A stretch of DNA of 64,000 nt, taken from assembly GCA_964016885.1 (NCBI GenBank), contig CAXHJY010000151.1:62001-126000 (forward strand), given 5' to 3'. The translations under genes were made by a program, and so were the position numbers. Of the stretch, positions 52,472 through 64,000 are shown piece by piece. Under the pieces are notes generated by a model that was given only the letters and a program-made list of their open reading frames with translations, did not search any database and was not told the origin of the DNA. The stretch is from Eledone cirrhosa. Its lineage: Eukaryota. The first letter of the stretch is position 1; every line of letters starts with the position of its first letter.

Positions 52472-55400
52472 AATACTCTCACATCTTTCTGTTCAAACCA
52501 GCCATAACTGGCCACTCATACTGACGTTAAGGTATTGTTCTCAATATAAATAATATCAAAATCTCATAGATTCGATATTATATGAGATAATTATGTAAGA
52601 TAAAGCCTTTACCACAAAAATACAATAGTATATATAGAGTAATAAAAATGCTAAAGGGTAAAAGTAGCTTATTATTTTGTGAGCTCTTGCTACTTATTGC
52701 TCTTGTGCATCAAGAACATACACAGCTTACATTTTGTTGCTAATCTCACTGAGATCCAACTACATCTCTTGTTTATCCATAGTTTGGAATTTCTACCTAC
52801 TCCTTTCCTTTAGAATGATCAAGGCCATTTTCTTGTGGGGATCTAGGCCCTGTTTTCCTTTCTATTTTGCCAAGTTATCTTACATCACTTTCATTCTAGA
52901 CCATGCTTCCAGGTTTGGAATTTCTCCTCTAATTTTACCACAGATTAAGTGACAAGGGTTCAATCATGTGCATACAGGAGTTCCCATGGACAGCCAGTAA
53001 TATGTAATAGCCTGCAGGATGATAATAAACAGAAGAGGGTTAATTACAGAGCCCTGATAGAGGGTTAATAACAGAGCCCTGATAGACTTGTTCACTCAAC
53101 TCCTCACTATAGCCATCATTACTTTTAACCTTACTGACTGCTCCTCCATACATGGCTTTTACTGCTCTCACAAGCCACTCATATACCCCTAGTTTTCTAA
53201 GTTATACACCAGATTAGGGAAGGGGGAAGTCTCACAGAAGCTCTCTCTGGGTCAACAAATGCCAAGTAGAGGGGCTTATTTTAGCTAGGTACTACTCTTG
53301 CAGTTGCCACACAAGGAAGAGGACATCAGTGGTACTTTTACCTGGCACAAATCCAAACTTCATCTCATCTAGGTTAACTTGGTCCCTAATCAGCTGTGTT
53401 ATAAATCTAACACCTTCATGAAGTGGTCCATCTAATATCTCTATAGTTTTCTAGCTCTAGTACATCTCCTTTGCCCTTGTAGCAGTTGATGATGATGATA
53501 CTACACCATTTATTTGGTATGACACCATTTTGTATTACATGCTGTACGATACCAGTGGTTAAGATGTGACCCACCATCCCAGATACTTTCAGTATCTCAG
53601 CAACTATCACCAATGGACAAGATACTTTCTCTGTCTTCATATCCTTAATTACCTTACTTCATATCCTTAATTACCTTACTGCTTACTTGTATGGCTGGAC
53701 CCTCTGTTGGGCCCACTTTCCGTAGACTATCTTCCTCCCATGCATTCTCCTCATTCAGTAATCTTTCATAAAGGCATTTCCATGTTACAAAGGTTGGCTG
53801 AAAAGTTCATAGACTATCAATGATAGCATGATGCTAGAGCTGTGAAATCTTGCCTGCATTAATTTCAACTCTTCTTATTAATAACTGCATTGTTTCCTTC
53901 CAGGGACTATGTTGAAAAATAAACCTCATTTGGTCATTCCATGAGTGTATCTTGGTATGCCTATGAACTTTTCAGCTGACCCTATTCAGCATCAGTGAGC
54001 CCAAATGCCCCATTATCATCCTGGACACACTTTACCCCAACATCACAATTTGCCCTCACACACTGCCTCACAATCCTGAACATCTCATGTATTTCATCCT
54101 CACATCATAAAACCAACTGAAATTATATATTCTCTGCTTCCCTCCTTGCAAAGAATACTTCTTGCCTAGCTTCCTGTAGTGTACCCTCCAGCTGCCTCCA
54201 TTCTGCCATTATTCCATGCCTGTCTCTTGGCCTTAACTGTCTCATCTACCCTAGTGTTTCACCACCAAGATACTCTCCTCTCTGAAGCCCTGCTCCAGCC
54301 ACAGATCTAGTTTGACACCTTCAGCAAAGGTTCTTTAAGGAACTCCCACTGTTCCCCTATATTGTATGTTTCTATTTGTTCTTCCTTACTGTTGTAAAGA
54401 TCAAACAAAATATCTCTAAATTTGGAACTGGCTGAGGGGTCCTTTAACTTCCATATCCTTCTCCTCCAAGTTGCCCTCAGTCTTCAAGTTCATCTAAGTC
54501 TATGAAATCACTAACTACTGGGTTATGTTGGGAGGTGCATTCTTCCCCAGGGGGTGGGGATTGTGTGTTTACAAATGTCAATATCTCATCTTCTGGTGAG
54601 GATAAAAATCTGACTGGCATGCTCCTCTGACCAATAGGTGTTGAAGTGGTTGTCGGGTAAACGTTAAGACCCTCTGATATACATATATATATATATATAC
54701 TAGCAGTGGTACCCGGCGTTGCACGGGATAACGTATTTCGGAACGCGGGCCGCCATCTTCCACTTCAGCCGGTCGCCCTAAAGTGTTGGCTATTCAGTCT
54801 ACTTGAGGCCAGTTGGTGAGGGGGGGTAAAGCTTTCAGTGTGCTACTACCCTCACGGTCAAATAGAAAGGGAGAGGAAGAAAAGTCAGCGTTAATATCGT
54901 GCTACACGTTTGAAAGGTTGGATGACCTTAGAGTTCACCAGGGTGGGGGGTTCTAAAAGTATCTATCTTGGTATTTTATCTTAGAAGTAATCATTACAGA
55001 GTGTACTGGGTGTATTTTAGTGGGCAGTAATTCCATAAAGAACACAGTATAATCTGTGGACACAAGCCTTGCAGTGTGATTACAGGCAGGTTAATGGGAA
55101 AGATAGATTATATATGTGACATGATGTACATGAGAAGTGAGGACACAGACCACACATGAAATAGATTCCTACAACTGTCAGGGAGGCTCCCTAGAATTAC
55201 AGATGACATATTTCAATATCTCGGTGATCAAGTTAGCAGTGGAGGAAGAATCTCTAAAAGTGTAATACCCAGGATAAGGACAGGCTGGAAGAAGTTTAGA
55301 GTACTGTTCCATCTGTTGACAACAAAGGGCTTCTCTCTCAGAATGGAGGCTAGACTGCTTGATACTTATGTGTGGTCTGCAATCTACACCCCAGCCATGC

Positions 55401-56862
55401 CCCTTCCACTACCACTCCTTAGCTATTTCTCTCCATTAATACTCCTCACATTTCAAGCAGTTTTCTCATCTCAATGAAAGAAAAATATTGGGCTCAAGAG
55501 AAGTCTTCAGTTATGCCATGGTGTGGCAACCTCCCTAGGGTTGGGCAGAGTGTAAATGAGAGTGAAATTAGGTATGAGAGGGATCATATGCAGTATACAA
55601 GAGAGTAGATTACATTGGTATGGTCATGTGATGGGTATAAAGGATGACAGCTGTATAAAAATGTGCTGGGCAATCAAAGTTGATGGAAGTTATGAAGGCG
55701 GAAGACCCAGGATGACCTGGGATGAGGTGATAAAAGATGACTTTGCACAATTGCAACTCTCAAAGACAATGACACAGGATAGAGATCTTGAGATGTATGC
55801 AGCAATACAGAAGGCCTGCTTTCCAATGTGCACGGACTCAAACATACATCTAGTAGGCCCCTCCTAACCACTATACTCCTTTCCAAACTCCCACACTCCC
55901 ACTTCTGTACACACCACCTTTAGACTGTAAAGTGGTAGTGTACAAGTCACAACAAAAGCACCCAGTCCACTCTGTAAAGTTGATGTGTTGGTGTCATAAC
56001 AAAAGGCACTCAGTCCACTCTGTAAAGAGGTTGTGTAAGTGTCACAACAAAGACATCTAGTCCACACTGTAAAGTGGTCATGTAGGTGTCACAACAAAAA
56101 GTACCAGTCATTATTGTAAAGTGGTTGTATAGGTGTCATAACAAAAAGCACCCAGTCGACACTGTAAAGTGGTTGTGTAGGTGTCAGAACCAAAAGCACC
56201 CAGTCCACACTGTAAAGTGGTTGTGTAGGTGTCATGACAAAAAGCACCTAGTCCACACTGTAAAGTGGTCATGCAGGTGTCATGACAAAAAGCACCCAGT
56301 CCTCACTGTAAAGTGGTCATGTAGGTGTCATGTCAAAAAGCACCCAGTCCACCCTGTAAAGTGGTTGTGTAGGTGTCATGATAAAAAGCACCCAGTCCAC
56401 ACAGTAAAGTGGTCATGTAGGTGTCACTAAAAAAGCACCCAGTCTACTCTGTAAAGTGGTCATGTAGGTGTCATGACAAATAGCACCCAGTCCACCCTGT
56501 AAAGTGTTCATGTAGGTGTCATGACGGAGAGTAACCAGTCCACAATGTAAAGTAGCCATGTAGCTGTCACAACAAAGCACCCAGTCCACACTGTAAAGTG
56601 GTCATGTAGGTGTCATTTCAAAAAGCACCCAGGTCCATGGCTTGGCCTGCTAACCGACGCTATACCCAAGTCGGTCGCCATGCTTTCCAGCATAGAGTTA
56701 CGTCTCTTTATGGTCTGAGTTCAAATCACGCCGAGGTTAACTTTGCCTTTCATCCTTACGGGGTCGATAAAATAAAGCACCAGTAATGTACTGGGGTCGA
56801 TTTAATCGACTTTCCCCTCCTCTGCCAAATGACACACACATGCATGGTTCGGGGGAACCTAC

Positions 56863-56922
<60 letters not shown>

Positions 56923-59900
56923 GTAGGTCACTGGTTGAGTCGGTATTAACCACAGTAACTAAGGTACTCAATACATATTAGATATAGGTGTCTTTCTAAT
57001 TGCTGGCCTTGTTCATAAGGTATACACAAGTATGATGTGTGTCTGTTTAACTGTACGTGTGAAAACATCGCGAAATTGCGCCTTTTAATATTTGAATATA
57101 AACAGTTAAAAAATAATTATTTTAGTAATTTTTAAATATCGATAATGTGTATATAAATGTTGAAAAATAAACCTCATTTGGTCATTCCATGAGTGTATCT
57201 TGGTATGCCTATGAACTTTTCAGCTGACCCTATTCAGCATCAGTGAGCCCAAATGCCCCATTATCATCCTGGACACACTTTACCCCAACATCACAATTTG
57301 CCCTCACACACTGCCTCACAATCCTGAACATCTCATGTATTTCATCCTCACATCATAAAACCAACTGAAATTATATATTCTCTGCTTCCCTCCTTGCAAA
57401 GAATACTTCTTGCCTAGCTTCCTGTAGTGTACCCTCCAGCTGCCTCCATTCTGCCATTATTCCATGCCTGTCTCTTGGCCTTAACTGTCTCATCTACCCT
57501 AGTGTTTCACCACCAAGATACTCTCCTCTCTGAAGCCCTGCTCCAGCCACAGATCTAGTTTGACACCTTCAGCAAAGGTTCTTTAAGGAACTCCCACTGT
57601 TCCCCTATATTGTATGTTTCTATTTGTTCTTCCTTACTGTTGTAAAGATCAAACAAAATATCTCTAAATTTGGAACTGGCTGAGGGGTCCTTTAACTTCC
57701 ATATCCTTCTCCTCCAAGTTGCCCTCAGTCTTCAAGTTCATCTAAGTCTATGAAATCACTAACTACTGGGTTATGTTGGGAGGTGCATTCTTCCCCAGGG
57801 GGTGGGGATTGTGTGTTTACAAATGTCAATATCTCATCTTCTGGTGAGGATAAAAATCTGACTGGCATGCTCCTCTGACCAATAGGTGTTGAAGTGGTTG
57901 TCGGGTAAACGTTAAGACCCTCTGATATACATATATATATATATATACTAGCAGTGGTACCCGGCGTTGCACGGGATAACGTATTTCGGAACGCGGGCCG
58001 CCATCTTCCACTTCAGCCGGTCGCCCTAAAGTGTTGGCTATTCAGTCTACTTGAGGCCAGTTGGTGAGGGGGGGTAAAGCTTTCAGTGTGCTACTACCCT
58101 CACGGTCAAATAGAAAGGGAGAGGAAGAAAAGTCAGCGTTAATATCGTGCTACACGTTTGAAAGGTTGGATGACCTTAGAGTTCACCAGGGTGGGGGGTT
58201 CTAAAAGTATCTATCTTGGTATTTTATCTTAGAAGTAATCATTACAGAGTGTACTGGGTGTATTTTAGTGGGCAGTAATTCCATAAAGAACACAGTATAA
58301 TCTGTGGACACAAGCCTTGCAGTGTGATTACAGGCAGGTTAATGGGAAAGATAGATTATATATGTGACATGATGTACATGAGAAGTGAGGACACAGACCA
58401 CACATGAAATAGATTCCTACAACTGTCAGGGAGGCTCCCTAGAATTACAGATGACATATTTCAATATCTCGGTGATCAAGTTAGCAGTGGAGGAAGAATC
58501 TCTAAAAGTGTAATACCCAGGATAAGGACAGGCTGGAAGAAGTTTAGAGTACTGTTCCATCTGTTGACAACAAAGGGCTTCTCTCTCAGAATGGAGGCTA
58601 GACTGCTTGATACTTATGTGTGGTCTGCAATCTACACCCCAGCCATGCCCCTTCCACTACCACTCCTTAGCTATTTCTCTCCATTAATACTCCTCACATT
58701 TCAAGCAGTTTTCTCATCTCAATGAAAGAAAAATATTGGGCTCAAGAGAAGTCTTCAGTTATGCCATGGTGTGGCAACCTCCCTAGGGTTGGGCAGAGTG
58801 TAAATGAGAGTGAAATTAGGTATGAGAGGGATCATATGCAGTATACAAGAGAGTAGATTACATTGGTATGGTCATGTGATGGGTATAAAGGATGACAGCT
58901 GTATAAAAATGTGCTGGGCAATCAAAGTTGATGGAAGTTATGAAGGCGGAAGACCCAGGATGACCTGGGATGAGGTGATAAAAGATGACTTTGCACAATT
59001 GCAACTCTCAAAGACAATGACACAGGATAGAGATCTTGAGATGTATGCAGCAATACAGAAGGCCTGCTTTCCAATGTGCACGGACTCAAACATACATCTA
59101 GTAGGCCCCTCCTAACCACTATACTCCTTTCCAAACTCCCACACTCCCACTTCTGTACACACCACCTTTAGACTGTAAAGTGGTAGTGTACAAGTCACAA
59201 CAAAAGCACCCAGTCCACTCTGTAAAGTTGATGTGTTGGTGTCATAACAAAAGGCACTCAGTCCACTCTGTAAAGAGGTTGTGTAAGTGTCACAACAAAG
59301 ACATCTAGTCCACACTGTAAAGTGGTCATGTAGGTGTCACAACAAAAAGTACCAGTCATTATTGTAAAGTGGTTGTATAGGTGTCATAACAAAAAGCACC
59401 CAGTCGACACTGTAAAGTGGTTGTGTAGGTGTCAGAACCAAAAGCACCCAGTCCACACTGTAAAGTGGTTGTGTAGGTGTCATGACAAAAAGCACCTAGT
59501 CCACACTGTAAAGTGGTCATGCAGGTGTCATGACAAAAAGCACCCAGTCCTCACTGTAAAGTGGTCATGTAGGTGTCATGTCAAAAAGCACCCAGTCCAC
59601 CCTGTAAAGTGGTTGTGTAGGTGTCATGATAAAAAGCACCCAGTCCACACAGTAAAGTGGTCATGTAGGTGTCACTAAAAAAGCACCCAGTCTACTCTGT
59701 AAAGTGGTCATGTAGGTGTCATGACAAATAGCACCCAGTCCACCCTGTAAAGTGTTCATGTAGGTGTCATGACGGAGAGTAACCAGTCCACAATGTAAAG
59801 TAGCCATGTAGCTGTCACAACAAAGCACCCAGTCCACACTGTAAAGTGGTCATGTAGGTGTCATTTCAAAAAGCACCCAGGTCCATGGCTTGGCCTGCTA

Positions 59901-60110
59901 ACCGACGCTATACCCAAGTCGGTCGCCATGCTTTCCAGCATAGAGTTACGTCTCTTTATGGTCTGAGTTCAAATCACGCCGAGGTTAACTTTGCCTTTCA
60001 TCCTTACGGGGTCGATAAAATAAAGCACCAGTAATGTACTGGGGTCGATTTAATCGACTTTCCCCTCCTCTGCCAAATGACACACACATGCATGGTTCGG
60101 GGGAACCTAC

Positions 60111-60178
<68 letters not shown>

Positions 60179-61057
60179 GTAGGTCACTGGTTGAGTCGGT
60201 ATTAACCACAGTAACTAAGGTACTCAATACATATTAGATATAGGTGTCTTTCTAATTGCTGGCCTTGTTCATAAGGTATACACAAGTATGATGTGTGTCT
60301 GTTTAACTGTACGTGTGAAAACATCGCGAAATTGCGCCTTTTAATATTTGAATATAAACAGTTAAAAAATAATTATTTTAGTAATTTTTAAATATCGATA
60401 ATGTGTATATAAATATTAGAAATCAATTTAATTAGTTCAGTAACATTACTCGGAGTTAAGATAAACCTTCATTTGAAGAAATTCGAGATTTGACCAAATA
60501 AATAGATTATGTGATCAATAAAAAAAATATGTATACGCGCTGTGACGACGGGTTGCAGACAGTCAGGCATACAGACACATATTTTAAAGCGTGCGACGTT
60601 AAAAGTCTTACTCTCTCTCTTTTTAGATAGATAGACTTAATTAAAGCAGTTTCACTCTCTCTATATTTCATCAGCTCCCTCTCTCTTAAATTGAAAGATT
60701 CATTAAGGCTGAAATAATCTAAACAGTAACATCATTTTTCGCCAGCTCTAGCTTGCGTCCAGAGATATACACACACATATATATATATTTTTTTTGTTAT
60801 CGAGTTGAGCTTTGCCAAGCATAGAATTCCAAATTTGACCATCTCCACTGAAAATGTTCGTGAAATAGTCTTTAAGAAGCAATTTAATTTTTTCCAACTG
60901 AAACTGTAAGTATTTTAAAATTTATTTCAACATGGTCTTAAAAGATTGTTGGCTTTTTTTAAATTCATAACTATTTACTATGAAATATAAATTATTAAAT
61001 CCAATTTATTTGATAACCATGATTTGATTTTATAATTACCTGAATCACGTTAACATG

Positions 61058-61100
<43 letters not shown>

Positions 61101-61351
61101 GTGTGTGTATATATATATATATATAATAATTGTTTCTACGTTACGCAGTGTATTACTGGTACTGTATTTTACGATATTAAATATTAAATATTAACTATTA
61201 GATATTAAATATTAAATATTAGATATTAGATATTAAATATTAAATATGATATCCCTGAAATATATATAATGAAATAAATATGGTTTTATAAATGTAATTT
61301 CCATTTGTTTAATATCAAATATATATATATATATATATGTATTTATGTATA

Positions 61352-61419
<68 letters not shown>

Positions 61420-61646
61420 GCAGACACAGACACAGAATATCGTATATATCACACACACACAATTAAGACTTGACGTGTTGCAGACAGCCAGACATACAGA
61501 GAGATATTTTAAAGCGTGCGACCTTAAATGCCTTACTCTTTCTCTTATCAAAAGAGAAAGAGTAATGCTAACACTTACGTCTACTTCACGCTCTCTTGAA
61601 CCGTTACAGAAATTGCATCACATCTAATTATAACTTTGTACGTTTG

Positions 61647-61721
<75 letters not shown>

Positions 61722-61727
61722 GCACAC

Positions 61728-61758
<31 letters not shown>

Positions 61759-61761
61759 CAC

Positions 61762-61817
<56 letters not shown>

Positions 61818-61884
61818 GTGTGTGTGTGTATATATATACACACACACGTGTATATATATATATATATATACACACACACGTGTG

Positions 61885-61917
<33 letters not shown>

Positions 61918-62279
61918 GTGTGTGTATATATATATATATCTGTCTCTCTCCCTGTCTCTCACTCTGCCTCTATCCCCCCTCTCTCTCTCTGTCTCTCCCC
62001 CCCCCCCTCTCTCTCTCTCTAGTAGTAGAGAGAGAGAGAGATATAAACGTATAACCCTAAACCTAACCCATCTCTCTCACTCTCTCTCTCCCCCTCTCTC
62101 TCTCTTCTCTCTCTCACTCTCCCTCTACCCCCCCTCTCTCTATTTCTCTCTCTCTCCAGTAGTAGAGAGAGACAAAGAGAGAGAGAGATATAAACGTATA
62201 ACCCTAACCAAACCCTAACCCAACTCTAACCCAACCCTAACCCTAACCCCAACCCTAACTCTAACCTAACCCTAACCCA

Positions 62280-62310
<31 letters not shown>

Positions 62311-64000
62311 ACCCCCTCTCTCTCTCTCTAGTAGTAGAGAGAGAGACAAAGAGAGAGAGAGAGATATAAACGTATAACCCTAACCCATCTCTCTCTCTCT
62401 ATTTCTCCCCCCCTCTCTCTCTCTCTAGTAGTAGAGAGAGAGAGACAAAGAGAGAGAGAGATATAAACGTATAACCCTAACCCAACCCTAACCTCTCTCT
62501 CTCCCCCCTCTCTCTCTCTATTCCCCCCCTCTCTCTCTCTCTCTAGTAGTAGAGAGAGAGACAGAGAGAGAGAGAGAGATAGATATAAACGTATAACCCT
62601 AACCCAACCCTAACCCATCTCTCTCTCTCTCTCTCTCTCTCTTTGTTTTTAACATTGTTTTGTTTTTCTTTTCTTTTCTTATTCAGATGACAAACGGCAG
62701 AGGATACAACAGAAGAAAAGAACAAAGATAATTATTATTATTATTACTATTATTATTTGTTTTATTATAATCAAAATATGCTGTTAGTTAGATCTGCATT
62801 GCGTACATTTTATATAATTTATGCCAGTTCCTTTTCTGCATATCGAACATGGCCATTTCCCTGACGGAATAGAGTTTTGTCCTCTTTCGTGACACAAAGT
62901 ACAGCCAGCGGCATCATTGCGGACAGACTTAATCCCGAATTGCACTGACACACTGCCTCGCAATACGGAACACCGCACGTCTTTGATCTTCTTCCCGTCG
63001 ATCAGCCTCCTTGCCATGCTAAGTACACCTGACGTCTAGCTTCTCTCTTAGCGGCGGCTTTATATTCTTCTCTACTCCCACTAATTTTCCAAGCATTCCA
63101 TGCTAGCCTTTAGTCTCCAATGGCCCGATCTACCGTGCTGTCCCACCACCATGTCACTCTCTGTCTGGTTGGAACTCTGATCCAGCCACAAGTTTAATCA
63201 GTAGCCTGCAATAAGTTGTCACATAAGAAAATCGAGTTCTCATGTATGTCATACGACTGTGAATCGTCTTCTTTTTCGTCATACACATATTGAAGGGCTT
63301 TCCTAAATTTCTATTTTAGTGAAATCTCTTTTAGCTTCCAGACCTTTCTTTTTTCCACATCTTCCTGTATGTCTCAATCATACCTGGAGCTGTCCAACAT
63401 GACCATTGAAATCCCCTGCTAGCATAACGATGTCTCCGTCCTGTCATTGTGGCTGTTTGTAAAAATTGCTTGTAAATGAAGTCTTTCTTTTCTTTACCTA
63501 GCAGAAGCAATTAACACTAACCCAACTGTAACACTAACCCTAACACTAACTTATGCAGGCCTAGGTAAAGACAAGAAAGATAAAACAAGGAGTGATGCTT
63601 CTTGAATTTTGTGATGCAAGTGTTTTAACCATTTGCAAAACCAACTTCCACAAACCTGCCTCACTGCTGCCTAATAACCTACAAATCAGGCAAGCACAGA
63701 AGCCGGATTTCTCGGTAGTTAGGCAGCGAGACAGACAGATGGGGTGTGAAGTACCAGGGTGTGCCCCGGGGAGGAATGTTTCCCACAGCGTGGGTTGGTT
63801 GTTGGTGATGTCTCGGTTATCTTGAGACGGAGTGAGACGTGCAGGAATACTCTCACGGAATCGCCAAATGAGGTTTATTTTTCAACATAGTCCCTGGAAT
63901 GAAACAATGTGGTTATTAAGAAGAATTGAAATTAATGTAAGATTTCACAGATCTATGATCAATCCTTCACAGTCAGCTTACAAAGTTTTCAGCCAAACCT
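52472..64000. repeat. further partial copy (equivalent to 16692-24876) containing a 3248-bp tandem duplication
   Basis: AATACTCTCACATC at 52472 equals 16692 (offset 35780). At 57157 the sequence jumps back to the equivalent of 18129 (ORFs 54578/57826 differ by 3248). The window end matches 24876. Confidence 0.95.

Overview
Repeat-rich eukaryotic (metazoan) DNA with no intact protein-coding gene. The SINE, RTE-LINE and microsatellite content looks cephalopod/octopus-like; this is an inference. The window holds about two copies of a ~29.76-kb tandem unit: 1-29762, then 29763 onward, with two internal re-duplications starting at 52472 and 57157. Each unit carries a collapsed rDNA-like cassette, in this order: telomere-type (CCCTAA)n, 169/172-bp spacer-like repeats, an ETS-like leader, the 5' end of 18S, a ~3.5-kb tandem array whose 317-bp monomer is a scrambled mosaic of short 18S and 28S motifs, and a degenerate 3' end of 28S. 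Downstream lie a G-rich 16-mer tract, a 5.4-kb palindromic higher-order satellite ending at a Helitron-type 3' terminus, decayed RTE, R4/Dong-like and CRE-like LINE fragments, a MITE, SINEs and minisatellites. rRNA and TE identifications come from recalled consensus motifs, not database searches, and many boundaries are approximate.
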